Shown here piece after piece: positions 39,141-48,509 of a stretch of DNA of 64,000 nucleotides. The stretch is from a virus, in the IMG/VR virus record IMGVR_UViG_3300024346_000009. One strand, given 5' to 3'. The translations under genes and the position numbers were made by a program. Within the stretch, counting starts at the first letter, position 1; each line of letters starts with the position of its first letter. The notes below the pieces were generated by a model. The model saw nothing but the letters and a program-made list of their open reading frames with translations. It ran no database searches and had not been told where the DNA came from.

Positions 39141-40195
39141 GTAGAGTTATTATGAGTGAGCCTCACGGCATTACACCTGATTTAAGTAATTATAAATCTG
39201 CGCTATCACGTGCTTTCAATTTCTATAATCAAGACAACGGAAAAAAAGAAGCTCGTCTGTTTTTACGGGCTTATATAAAGAGTGTCGGGCAAGATTTAAA
39301 AGCGGTAGATAGCGTACCTGATAACAAAATTAGCACAACCTACGGCTGGGTAGCACGGATACTTTTAAACGGTAATGTACTTCAAGAACAGCACGTTCAA
39401 GGACTAAAGAATTATATCAGCACCTTAACGATTGATAAAGTAGTTAAAGTTGAAGTCGAAAAAGTTACTCGGTTAACTATCCAAGATTACATGCAAGAAA
39501 AGATTGCTGAAACCCTTGGAGAGTTAGAAGGAGCTATTGATGATTTCATTACTTCAGGTACTGAGTTTGATATGCTTTCGTATCTTAAAGCTTCCTCTAC
39601 CCCGAAGCCTTACTGTAGTCATATTGATACATGGACCCGTAAGAAAGCCGCAGAGTTTATCGAGGCATATCAGTCTGATGATAAGGAACTAAAAGAGGCG
39701 TATGGGTATCTAGGAAAGAGGAAACTTGCCCAGTTAATTAAAATGCTTAATAGTTTTGTTACCGATGTAGAGCGGTATACAGAGTTTAAAAAAGCTAACC
39801 GTAAACCTAGAGCTACAAAGGTAAAGCCTGCAGGTGTTCAGGTTGCAAAGATTAAATACAAGATAGAAGATACTGATCTTGGTCTTAAATCAGTAAGACC
39901 TTCCGATATAGTTGGTGCTTCCCAGGTATGGGTATACAATTGTAAGTATAAAAGGTTAGCGGTTTATAGAACTGATTCCTCTTTAGGAATCCAGGTCAAG
40001 GGCACTACATTACAGAACTATGATCCGGAGACGAGTGAACAAAAGTCTATACGTAGACCTGAGGCTTTTCTTAAGATTGTATTAAATGCAAGTAAGGTAC
40101 AACTGCGTAAGATATTGACCGAGCTAACTACGACGGGGTACGATCTTACAGGTCGTATAAATGAAGAATGTATTATATTGAGAGTACTTAAATAA
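39137..40195 (+). CDS. conserved T4-like hypothetical protein
   Basis: 352 aa directly upstream of rnh; VKGTTL, GRINE. Confidence 0.7.
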   Translation: MSRVIMSEPHGITPDLSNYKSALSRAFNFYNQDNGKKEARLFLRAYIKSVGQDLKAVDSVPDNKISTTYGWVARILLNGNVLQEQHVQGLKNYISTLTIDKVVKVEVEKVTRLTIQDYMQEKIAETLGELEGAIDDFITSGTEFDMLSYLKASSTPKPYCSHIDTWTRKKAAEFIEAYQSDDKELKEAYGYLGKRKLAQLIKMLNSFVTDVERYTEFKKANRKPRATKVKPAGVQVAKIKYKIEDTDLGLKSVRPSDIVGASQVWVYNCKYKRLAVYRTDSSLGIQVKGTTLQNYDPETSEQKSIRRPEAFLKIVLNASKVQLRKILTELTTTGYDLTGRINEECIILRVLK

Positions 40196-41079
40196 TGGTT
40201 GTAATAGATTATAGTCAAACGATTATATCTAATTTAATGGCGGAGATAGGTACAAGAAGTGATGTTGAAATTGATGTAAATCTTCTTCGACACATGGTTA
40301 TTAATACTATCCGAAGTCATAAGGTTAGATTCGGTGGGGAGTTTGGCGAGGTGGTAATTGCCTGTGACAGCAGAAAGTACTGGCGTAAGCAACAATTTCC
40401 TTATTACAAAGCCAATCGTAAAAAAGCGAGAGAGAGTTCTGGTCTTAATTGGCCGCAAATATTTGACTCGATTAATCTTATTAAAGAGGAGCTGAAGGCT
40501 GTCTTTCCGTACCGGGTTATTGAAGTTGAGGGTACAGAGGCAGACGATGTTATTGCTGCATTAGTGTACTGGTCTTTAGATAATGATCTTAAGGAAGGTA
40601 CGTTGTTTAGTGAACCAGCCCCGTTTTTAATTATCTCCGGTGATCACGACTTTAATCAGCTCCAAGTGCATAAACACGTCAAGCAATATTCGCCTATTAA
40701 AAAGAAATTTGTTAAGTCTGAACTCCCACCCGAGCAATGTGTTATAGAGCACATTATCAGAGGGGATAAAGGTGACGGGGTACCGAATGTACTATCTGCT
40801 GATGATAGTATTGTATCTGGCGAGAGACAGAAGCCTATCTCTACAAAGAAGCTAGAGGAATGGATGGCTGATCCTACCACCATGCCAACGGATGATGAGT
40901 TTGTTCGAAATTATCACCGTAACAAAATGCTGGTTGATCTGTCCATGATTCCTAAATCCATACAAGAACAGATTATAAATACCTTTATAAATTACCCTAT
41001 AAAAGACCGTAGTCAATTACTAGATTATTTTATAAAAAATAGAATGAAACAAATGACTGAACATACACAGGAGTTCTAA
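40195..41079 (+). CDS. rnh: RNase H / 5'-3' flap exonuclease
   Basis: YWR..YYKANR, EADD, SGDHD, GDKGDG. Confidence 0.95.
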   Translation: MVVIDYSQTIISNLMAEIGTRSDVEIDVNLLRHMVINTIRSHKVRFGGEFGEVVIACDSRKYWRKQQFPYYKANRKKARESSGLNWPQIFDSINLIKEELKAVFPYRVIEVEGTEADDVIAALVYWSLDNDLKEGTLFSEPAPFLIISGDHDFNQLQVHKHVKQYSPIKKKFVKSELPPEQCVIEHIIRGDKGDGVPNVLSADDSIVSGERQKPISTKKLEEWMADPTTMPTDDEFVRNYHRNKMLVDLSMIPKSIQEQIINTFINYPIKDRSQLLDYFIKNRMKQMTEHTQEF

Positions 41080-41546
41080 TGAATTTACTTATATCTGAAA
41101 TTTTAAATAATTTTGAAGCTGCTAAGACAAAGCAGGAGAAGCTAGCCATTCTCAAGCAAAATGATACCCCGGTACTCCGTACTATTATGAGGTTAAATTT
41201 TGATCCTAAACTAAAGATGGATCTACCCGAAGGGGAACCACCTTATAAAAAGGATCTAGATAAGCCTATTGGGTACCATGAGACTAATCTTATTCAAGAA
41301 TACCGAAGATTTTACATCTGGCTTACCCCTCAAACAAACTTACCTAAGTTTAAGAAAGAAACGCTATTTGTCAGTATGCTTGAAGGCCTTCACTGGTCGG
41401 AGGCAGAGGTGTTAGTTTTAGCAAAAGACGGTAAACTAAGTACTAAGTTTAAGAGTCTTAAGGAAGACATGGTTAGGGAAGTATACTTAAATTGTTTATC
41501 TGAAAAAGAGAAAGTTACTAAGGTAACGACAGACCCTTTGGTATAA
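41079..41546 (+). CDS. conserved T4-like hypothetical protein (candidate -1 frameshift extension to 41674)
   Basis: LPEGEPPY, LEGLH..EA; ends C_CCT_TTG GTA TAA. Confidence 0.8.
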   Translation: MNLLISEILNNFEAAKTKQEKLAILKQNDTPVLRTIMRLNFDPKLKMDLPEGEPPYKKDLDKPIGYHETNLIQEYRRFYIWLTPQTNLPKFKKETLFVSMLEGLHWSEAEVLVLAKDGKLSTKFKSLKEDMVREVYLNCLSEKEKVTKVTTDPLV

Positions 41547-41670
41547 AGTCTCTCTGGCATAGGTTCTTTCGACGAGCAGATCCCGTAACCCCCTGGTCTG
41601 TAAGTACTGATATTCCGTCACCAGAGAGATCGTTCGACGTAAGGCTGACAACGTTACGTAACCGTAAACC

Positions 41671-41699
41671 TTGATTTACGACTGAAAGTATACTATAAT
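41671..41699 (+). promoter_or_regulatory. sigma70-like promoter
   Basis: TTGATT-17-TATAAT. Confidence 0.7.
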
Positions 41700-41704
41700 A
41701 TATT

Positions 41705-42058
41705 ATGATCTATTCTAATACTAAGTCAAAAGTTAAACCTAAGACTATGCCTAAAGCCGAGCGCGAGGCGTATGCTAAGTGGTGTGCTCAATACGATATT
41801 AAACCTGAGGGTAAGGTTAAGAAAAAAGTAGTAGTTTATAATACTGAATTACCTGGTACTGTCTATAAGCCGTTTATTCGTGAGACGGTTCGGTATCCTA
41901 GTTTAGATACCGGTCATAAGGGTGCTGTTAATACTGGTAAGACTACTATGTGGTATACGGGCGATAAGATGCTTGGTGTAGCTACGATGCATAAGTCTAA
42001 CTTAGTTCCTATTTTTAGTGATGATAACGCGGTCGAAGTATCGCAAATGAGGAGATAA
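41705..42058 (+). CDS. conserved hypothetical protein
   Basis: YTG..GVATMHKSN.VP. Confidence 0.7.
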   Translation: MIYSNTKSKVKPKTMPKAEREAYAKWCAQYDIKPEGKVKKKVVVYNTELPGTVYKPFIRETVRYPSLDTGHKGAVNTGKTTMWYTGDKMLGVATMHKSNLVPIFSDDNAVEVSQMRR

Positions 42059-42059
42059 A

Positions 42060-42440
42060 ATGAGTACATTAATATATAATGCAATCCGTACCCCTGATGG
42101 TACTGTACTAGAGTCTAGACATAGACATGATTATGTTGTATATGAAGATAAAAATGGTAGAGAGTATATGGTGGATGGCGGCCATGATTATGTTAGACGC
42201 AACGTGCACGACGATGCTCCTTATGAAGAGATAAGTGTCTATACAACTGATGGTCACGATAAAGTACGTGAAGTACTTAAATGGGGTACATATGGTATCA
42301 ACGGTGATCAGCCCTTAACCTACATTGCACTTAAAGACATGAATACCGGGCATATTCAGGCCTGCCTAGATACCCAATCTCGTATGCATCCGACATACAG
42401 ACAAGCTTTTGAAGAAGAATTGAAACTAAGGAGTATATAA
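42060..42440 (+). CDS. hypothetical protein
   Basis: ESRHRHDY..VDGG.DY.RR. Confidence 0.7.
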   Translation: MSTLIYNAIRTPDGTVLESRHRHDYVVYEDKNGREYMVDGGHDYVRRNVHDDAPYEEISVYTTDGHDKVREVLKWGTYGINGDQPLTYIALKDMNTGHIQACLDTQSRMHPTYRQAFEEELKLRSI

Positions 42441-42715
42441 TGAGTTTGCCTTCCGATCCCACCGCCCGTAAAGCTATTAAGAAATGTATGGATGAGTTAT
42501 CTGCATCCATGGCACGGATTGATGGTGAACGAGATTTTATCAAGGAAGCTATTGGTAACATATGTGAAGAATATGAAATGAGTAAAAAGACTCTTCGTAA
42601 ACTAGCTAAAGTATATCATAAGCAAAACTTCTCAAAAGAGGTTGCCGAACATGAGGAGTTCGAGACCATGTATGAACAGTTGACCGGGGAAACTAGTCTG
42701 GGTAATATTACATAA
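42440..42715 (+). CDS. dsbA: DsbA-like dsDNA-binding protein
   Basis: Size and LAKVYHKQNF motif; near rnh. Confidence 0.65.
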   Translation: MSLPSDPTARKAIKKCMDELSASMARIDGERDFIKEAIGNICEEYEMSKKTLRKLAKVYHKQNFSKEVAEHEEFETMYEQLTGETSLGNIT

Positions 42716-42716
42716 A

Positions 42717-42905
42717 ATGCATACAGTTTATAATCTAGAGATGCAGGTACGAGATAAAATGAACCGTCTTAAAAAGACCTCTCACGTTGGCGTATATAAT
42801 TCTATTGAAGATCTAGAAGTAGCAAAAGGTAAGATGCTGGAGATTAATCCAGATAATACATTTGACGTTCATTCTATTGATCATCTTTTTGAACCTACAG
42901 AGTAA
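42717..42905 (+). CDS. hypothetical protein
   Basis: Packed ORF. Confidence 0.5.
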   Translation: MHTVYNLEMQVRDKMNRLKKTSHVGVYNSIEDLEVAKGKMLEINPDNTFDVHSIDHLFEPTE

Positions 42906-42918
42906 TATAAATAAACAT

Positions 42919-43164
42919 ATGCCGACATATATTTTTCGTAATAAGAATACAGATGAAGTCTATGACAAAATGATGTCATGGGACAATCGTGAAGTATATC
43001 TCCAAGAGAATCCTAACCTAGAGGTCCTCATGGGAGCTCCGGCTATGGGGGACTCTGTCCGTTTAGGTATTAAAAAGCCAGACGATGGGTTTAAGGAAGT
43101 ACTGTCAAAGATTCATGCTGCTAATTACAGAAGTAACTTATCGGATAAACTATCTAGAAAATGA
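42919..43164 (+). CDS. FmdB-like small protein
   Basis: MPTY.F start; TATAAATA at 42906. Confidence 0.6.
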   Translation: MPTYIFRNKNTDEVYDKMMSWDNREVYLQENPNLEVLMGAPAMGDSVRLGIKKPDDGFKEVLSKIHAANYRSNLSDKLSRK

Positions 43165-43190
43165 TTCAAGTGATTACTTCATTCAACCAT

Positions 43191-43219
43191 AAGGGCTATA
43201 CTTATCTATAGCTCTTTTT
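43191..43219 (+). terminator. intrinsic terminator
   Basis: AAGGGCTATA..TATAGCTCTT plus T-run. Confidence 0.65.
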
Positions 43220-43234
43220 CATTTAAGGTTTTAT

Positions 43235-44002
43235 ATGTCCACAAAAAGAGCAGCGAAACTGGCAGTCGTACATGAAGAAGGCTACCCACAAAAACAAACA
43301 GCACCACGCCCCGTTACAAATACTTTAAGATTAAAAACTGAACACCTTAAATTCTTCGATCCACTTACCGAAAATCAAAAAATATTTTACGACGCGTATG
43401 CCCGCGGTGATTACTTTGTAGCACTACATGGTGTTGCTGGAACAGGAAAAACATTTATTGCTTGTTATAAGGCATTAGAGGAAGTATTAGATAAGAACAA
43501 CCCCTTCAATAAAATTATTATCGTTAGGTCAGCTGTCCAGTCGCGAGAGATGGGTCATTTACCTGGTGATGTAGATGAGAAGCTAGAAATATATCAACAG
43601 CCGTATCGCCAAATATGCCATACCTTATTTGATCGTAAAGATGCTTACGATAGATTGGTTGAACAAGGTCATGTAGAGTTTATTTCAACATCGTTTATTC
43701 GCGGTATGTCATTTGATGATGCTATTATCATTGTTGACGAAATGCAAAATATGAACTTTGAAGAAATAGATACCGTCATGACACGGGTTGGTTACAGATC
43801 AAAGATCATCTGGTGTGGTGATTACAGACAAACTGATCTTCGCAAGTCAGGTGACAAAACAGGTATTTTAAAATTCTTTGATATTGCTTTACACATGGGT
43901 GCATTTACACGGGTTGAGTTTACGGCTGATGACATTGTAAGAAGCTCTTTAGTAAAAGATTATATTATTGCTAAGCTTAGATACGAAGATCTTACCCCTT
44001 AA
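43235..44002 (+). CDS. phoH: PhoH family ATPase
   Basis: GVAGTGKT, GHLPG, RGMSF, DEMQN, GD..Q.D, DIVRS. Confidence 0.95.
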   Translation: MSTKRAAKLAVVHEEGYPQKQTAPRPVTNTLRLKTEHLKFFDPLTENQKIFYDAYARGDYFVALHGVAGTGKTFIACYKALEEVLDKNNPFNKIIIVRSAVQSREMGHLPGDVDEKLEIYQQPYRQICHTLFDRKDAYDRLVEQGHVEFISTSFIRGMSFDDAIIIVDEMQNMNFEEIDTVMTRVGYRSKIIWCGDYRQTDLRKSGDKTGILKFFDIALHMGAFTRVEFTADDIVRSSLVKDYIIAKLRYEDLTP

Positions 44003-44022
44003 ACTATTTTGAAAGAACTATT

Positions 44023-45069
44023 ATGAGATTAGAACCATACACAATTTTCGTCTCTCTATGCTCATACAGAGACCCCCTCCTGTACAGTACAGTCATGTCA
44101 TTGATACAGGGGCGGTGTGGGAGGAATAGAATAGTTATTGGAATATTTGAGCAGATTGTTGCTGAAGACTCACTGCCGGTAAAGTATCCTGATATTAAAG
44201 AAGCTATTGACGCGTACGAAAATAACACACTTAGGTCAGTGAATGGCGGGCCAAGGCCAGCGGAAATTATATATAAACGAATTGATCCCCAATACTCTAA
44301 TGGGGCTGGGTGGGCTAGAGCTATTAACCAATATCAACTATCTCCTGATGAATATGATTTACTTTATCAAATTGACTCCCATATGCTTTTTGATAAAGAT
44401 TGGGATAGGACCCTTATAAGCGATTATGAGGATGCAATTATTAAGTACAATACTAAAAAAGTAATTATAACTGCGCCGTGTAAGTGGTACGATGTTCTTG
44501 AGGATAACAGTATTTCTAAAGGCCCAGAATTATATTATGAAGGTACTAAGGATATAAGTTACAGAGCGACAGGTCACATGTTGTATTATATGACAAATGC
44601 ATTTGTCAATGGGTATATTATATCTGCTCATGGACAAATTGATCCTATAGGACCAGGGATACGGGATGCATTCCACATATGCGCAGGTAATACTGTCTTT
44701 CCGTCACAGTGGGTACGAGATGTAGGTAACAATATTGAAATTCACTTTGAAGGGGAAGAACAGTGGCTTAGTCTGGCTTCTTTTGCAGCAGGGTATCAAC
44801 TATGTCATCCAAAAGAAATTGTAACATACCATTATATGAAATCGGGTAATTATATTACAAAAGTATGGTTTGAACAGGTTGTAAGTAATTTCAGAAGGTC
44901 ACATGATGTATTAAGGTCAATCGCTGAATTATCAAAGTTGATAACAACGTTACCTGAAGATGTTTTAAAGAGATTTTATGAATATTCAGGAATTGATTAT
45001 ATAAATAAAACTGTAGATCAGCGGGCTCTACATCCCCATCCCCCTTTTACCCTACCGCCAAAAGAATAA
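44023..45069 (+). CDS. GlcNAc-transferase-like glycosyltransferase (GT60-type)
   Basis: IFVSL.SYRD, G.GWAR, QIDSHMLF..WD, GEE. Confidence 0.75.
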   Translation: MRLEPYTIFVSLCSYRDPLLYSTVMSLIQGRCGRNRIVIGIFEQIVAEDSLPVKYPDIKEAIDAYENNTLRSVNGGPRPAEIIYKRIDPQYSNGAGWARAINQYQLSPDEYDLLYQIDSHMLFDKDWDRTLISDYEDAIIKYNTKKVIITAPCKWYDVLEDNSISKGPELYYEGTKDISYRATGHMLYYMTNAFVNGYIISAHGQIDPIGPGIRDAFHICAGNTVFPSQWVRDVGNNIEIHFEGEEQWLSLASFAAGYQLCHPKEIVTYHYMKSGNYITKVWFEQVVSNFRRSHDVLRSIAELSKLITTLPEDVLKRFYEYSGIDYINKTVDQRALHPHPPFTLPPKE

Positions 45070-45073
45070 CCAA

Positions 45074-45691
45074 ATGAATATTACATTAGAACAGTTACAA
45101 AGCCTTATACCAAACGCTGTTGGAGGACCGGAGGCATGGTATGAGCCACTATGTGAAGCATTACCGCAATACGAGATAAACACCGTTGAAAGAGTTGCAG
45201 CGTTTATAGCTCAGTGCTCACATGAATCTGGTGGTTTTTCTGTTTTAGAAGAAAACCTAAACTATAGAGCAGCCACACTCTCTAAGTTATGGCCACAAAG
45301 ATTTCCACCAGGTGTAGCCGAGCAGTATGCGGGTAAGCCTGAAATGATTGCTAATAAGACTTACGGTGGTAGAATGGGTAATGGGTCGGAAGAAACTGGT
45401 GAAGGGTACAAGTACAGGGGCCGTGGTATTCTTCAATTAACAGGTAAGGATAACTATAAAACCTGTTCTCAAGCACTCTTTCAAGACGGGTCTCTTTTAG
45501 AAGACCCTGATCTTCTTTTAGACCCGTATTATGCAATTCATTCTGCTTGCTGGTTTTGGAATAAAAATAAATTAAACCAATTTGCAGATTCTGGTGATCT
45601 AACAACAATGACTAAAAAAATTAACGGCGGAACAATTGGGCTTGAGGATCGTATTAAGCACTATGATCATGCTGTAGAGATCTTAACATAA
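45074..45691 (+). CDS. GH19 endolysin
   Basis: AQCSHES, EENL, YRGRG..QLTG..NY, INGG..GL.DR; TATAAATA at 45000. Confidence 0.93.
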   Translation: MNITLEQLQSLIPNAVGGPEAWYEPLCEALPQYEINTVERVAAFIAQCSHESGGFSVLEENLNYRAATLSKLWPQRFPPGVAEQYAGKPEMIANKTYGGRMGNGSEETGEGYKYRGRGILQLTGKDNYKTCSQALFQDGSLLEDPDLLLDPYYAIHSACWFWNKNKLNQFADSGDLTTMTKKINGGTIGLEDRIKHYDHAVEILT

Positions 45692-45700
45692 GGAATATTA

Positions 45701-46429
45701 ATGAGTTATAACTTTACCTTAGCCCAGCTATCGCTTCTAATAAGAGAGCCTGGGGAGTCCGAGAACTGGTACGAGCCTCTTTGTGCGGCAATGGATCAGT
45801 ACGAAATTAACAGTGCAATAAGAATATCTTCTTTTCTTACTCATTGTGCCTACATGACAAAACGATTTACAGAAATGGAAGAAGACTTAAGCTACAGCGC
45901 TGAAGATTTAGTAAAGACATGGCCTAATATATTTACAGTAGAAAATGCTGTATCATACGCCGGTAATCCCGAAAAGATTGCTAATAAAGCGTACAGCAAT
46001 ATACTGGGTAATGGTTCAGAAGAATCAGGTGATGGTTATAAGTTCAGAGGACGCGGCCTGTTAATGATTCGCGGTAGAGGTGATTACACTACATGTTCAC
46101 AGACTCTCTTTCGGGATTCAAGATTGGTAGATACACCAGATTTAGTAAAAGAAAAACCTACCTGTATTGATTCAGCTGGTTGGTTCTGGTCTACAAATAA
46201 TTATAACGTAAGGTACGATGCTGATACGAAGTATGTGCAATTTGGTATGCCAGGTAATACTACTTTTGTTGCTAATACTATACTAGATAATACAGTAAAT
46301 ATTCCGAATATTAATATTATTAATACCGGCGGTAAGTCAGAGGCAGCATTGACCAGTAGAGAATCACAATCCGCAATCAGTAACTATTCATCGCTCTTAC
46401 CCTTCATACTGGAAATAACTAAAGTATAA
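45701..46429 (+). CDS. GH19 paralogue, catalytic Glu lost
   Basis: Colinear with 45074 protein but HES is YMT and QLTG is MIRG. Confidence 0.8.
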   Translation: MSYNFTLAQLSLLIREPGESENWYEPLCAAMDQYEINSAIRISSFLTHCAYMTKRFTEMEEDLSYSAEDLVKTWPNIFTVENAVSYAGNPEKIANKAYSNILGNGSEESGDGYKFRGRGLLMIRGRGDYTTCSQTLFRDSRLVDTPDLVKEKPTCIDSAGWFWSTNNYNVRYDADTKYVQFGMPGNTTFVANTILDNTVNIPNINIINTGGKSEAALTSRESQSAISNYSSLLPFILEITKV

Positions 46430-46433
46430 TATT

Positions 46434-47102
46434 ATGTTTAATCATGTAAAGCTTGACAAAGTTGTACCTAGGTTGCAACAAATTAATGAGAATGGGGTAA
46501 GACACTATATGACCCCAGAAGGAAATAAATATCCTTCCATTACCACTGTCCTATCTGAGTATAGCCGTAAGGGTATATATGAATGGCGACAAAGGGTAGG
46601 AGACGAGGCTGCAAACAGAATATCGGGTAAAGCCTCTACCAGAGGTACCAAACTACATAAGGCATGCGAAGATTATATCAATAACTTAGAGCCTGAGTTT
46701 CGTACCCCCTTTGAGCGAGATTTATTTAAACGATTTACCCCTACCTTACATCGTATCAACAATGTGTATGCACAAGAGATACGTATGTACTCCGACCACC
46801 TACGTATTGCAGGTACGGTAGATTGTATAGGTGAGTTTGATGGGAAGATGTCGGTAATCGATTTTAAAACATCTGCCAAAGAAAAAGATAAAGAATACAT
46901 TGAAAACTACTTCATGCAGTGTTCAGCGTACGCCATTATGTTTGAGGAGCAGTATGGAATTCCTGTCTCACAAACCGTCGTTGCAATTGCTGTAGAGGAT
47001 GGGGAGTCACAAGTCTTTATAGAGAAGAGAGATACTCATGTAAAGCGGTTGATTCACTTTCGGGATTTATATGAACGTAAGAGTAGCCTAATAACTCATT
47101 AG
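46434..47102 (+). CDS. PD-(D/E)XK exonuclease
   Basis: YPSITTVL, RGT..H, AGTVD, IDFKT, Q..AY. Confidence 0.88.
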   Translation: MFNHVKLDKVVPRLQQINENGVRHYMTPEGNKYPSITTVLSEYSRKGIYEWRQRVGDEAANRISGKASTRGTKLHKACEDYINNLEPEFRTPFERDLFKRFTPTLHRINNVYAQEIRMYSDHLRIAGTVDCIGEFDGKMSVIDFKTSAKEKDKEYIENYFMQCSAYAIMFEEQYGIPVSQTVVAIAVEDGESQVFIEKRDTHVKRLIHFRDLYERKSSLITH

Positions 47103-47185
47103 CATATATAATGAATACGTAGTAAGTAGATTATTGTTTTAAAGGGCAGAGAGAAGAATAGTTAAGATCACCATAAGGAGATCAA

Positions 47186-47293
47186 ATGTCTGAATCATCA
47201 GAAGAATATGTATACCAAATAGTATGTGGTATACTGATAGTGTTCTCTATACTATGTATAGGTATTGCATCGGTCTTCTTTTGGCGAGCGTGA
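47186..47293 (+). CDS. 35-aa single-TM microprotein (not in track)
   Basis: AAGGAG SD; MSESSEEYVYQIVCGILIVFSILCIGIASVFFWRA. Confidence 0.55.
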   Translation: MSESSEEYVYQIVCGILIVFSILCIGIASVFFWRA

Positions 47294-47297
47294 CATA

Positions 47298-47605
47298 GAT
47301 TATTGCTGTATGAAGTAAAGAGAAAGACGTCTTGGACGCGGGCGCAAATCCCGCCAGGTCCACCAAAGTATACTATAAATGGGGTCGTAGCGGTTGTAAG
47401 AACTTTAGTACATACCTTAGATAATAGTATACTTTATTGGGCCTGAAATAGATTCGACAGGGCAGCAAGTAACAGAATGGACAGCACATCAGCAACGATG
47501 TAAAAAGAAGAAAACAAAGTAAACGCAAACGACTCAAAGTTCGCATTAGCAGCCTAAACACTGCTTAGGGTTTCGGTAGGTTTCCTCGTAACAGAATAAC
47601 CTACC
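47298..47605 (+). ncRNA. ssrA: circularly permuted two-piece tmRNA
   Basis: Acceptor piece ends CAGGTCCACCA (47365); coding piece starts GGGCCTG..GATTCGAC (47439); G3:U70; tag ANDSKFALAA at 47525-47557. Confidence 0.93.
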
Positions 47606-47640
47606 ATTTTCTAACACTCATACACACAAAGGAGATTATT

Positions 47641-47913
47641 ATGAGTAACATGACCCCTTTCGAGATTCGTCTCGAACTTCTCAAAATGGCCAAAGATATG
47701 CTTGGTGACGACTACTACGGTAAGCGCGAAGTAATATCTAACGACTGGGCCACAAAGGTAGAGACGGCTAAACACGCCGGACAAACGCCTCCAGAGCATC
47801 CGGGCTACCCAGCCTACCCCTCAGAAATAGATATCATTGCAAAGGCTCATGTCTTGAATGGTTTTGTTTCCAACATCCCTCAAGATAACATTAAGACTAT
47901 TAGTAAGAAGTAA
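47641..47913 (+). CDS. conserved hypothetical protein
   Basis: PFEIRLELLKMAK..I.KA..L..FV. Confidence 0.75.
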   Translation: MSNMTPFEIRLELLKMAKDMLGDDYYGKREVISNDWATKVETAKHAGQTPPEHPGYPAYPSEIDIIAKAHVLNGFVSNIPQDNIKTISKK

Positions 47914-47966
47914 TCTGAAGGTAGGGGCTCTTGTTAACTCAGGAGCCTCCTTAATAAGGAAAACCA

Positions 47967-48509
47967 ATGGTAAAGACTTTTAATCTATTTTTAAAAATAG
48001 GTCTTGTGGTATTAATGGTATTTTTAGTTACCAAATTTACCACCAATAGAATCGACTATTATAATACTAAGCAATATAATGGTACCCCAATCACAATGGA
48101 GGACAGAGAAAAGCAGTTGACCTGCTTAGCAAAGAATATCTATCACGAGGCGGCTACAGAGCCGTTTGAGGGTAAGGTTGCAGTAGCTCAGGTTACATTA
48201 AACAGGGCAGCCTCTGGCAAGTTCCCACCCAATATATGCGATGTAGTTTATCAAAAGAATGTTTTTTATGGTAAAGTCATCTGCCAGTTTTCATGGTATT
48301 GTGAAAGTGGTCCTAAAGTTAAATCTAATGCTCACTACAAGGAGTCAATGGAAGTGGCTAAGAAAGTACTTTTAGAAAACTTTAGATTACCCTCAATGCA
48401 TAAAGCAATGTACTATCATGCTGATTATGTAAACCCTAATTGGAATCTTCCAAAGATCAGTCAAATCGGTCGTCATATATTTTACGGTGAGAAAAATGGA
48501 AAAATTTAA
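47967..48509 (+). CDS. cell wall hydrolase (SleB/Hydrolase_2)
   Basis: CLA.NIYHEA, VAQV.LNR, CQFSW, IG.HIFY. Confidence 0.92.
   Translation: MVKTFNLFLKIGLVVLMVFLVTKFTTNRIDYYNTKQYNGTPITMEDREKQLTCLAKNIYHEAATEPFEGKVAVAQVTLNRAASGKFPPNICDVVYQKNVFYGKVICQFSWYCESGPKVKSNAHYKESMEVAKKVLLENFRLPSMHKAMYYHADYVNPNWNLPKISQIGRHIFYGEKNGKI

Noticed and set aside
46434-47102. Cas4 indicating a CRISPR system
   Set aside because: Lacks the four-Cys Fe-S motif and cas context; ordinary phage exonuclease
47373-47561. 62-aa minus-strand ORF
   Set aside because: Antisense to the tmRNA; spurious
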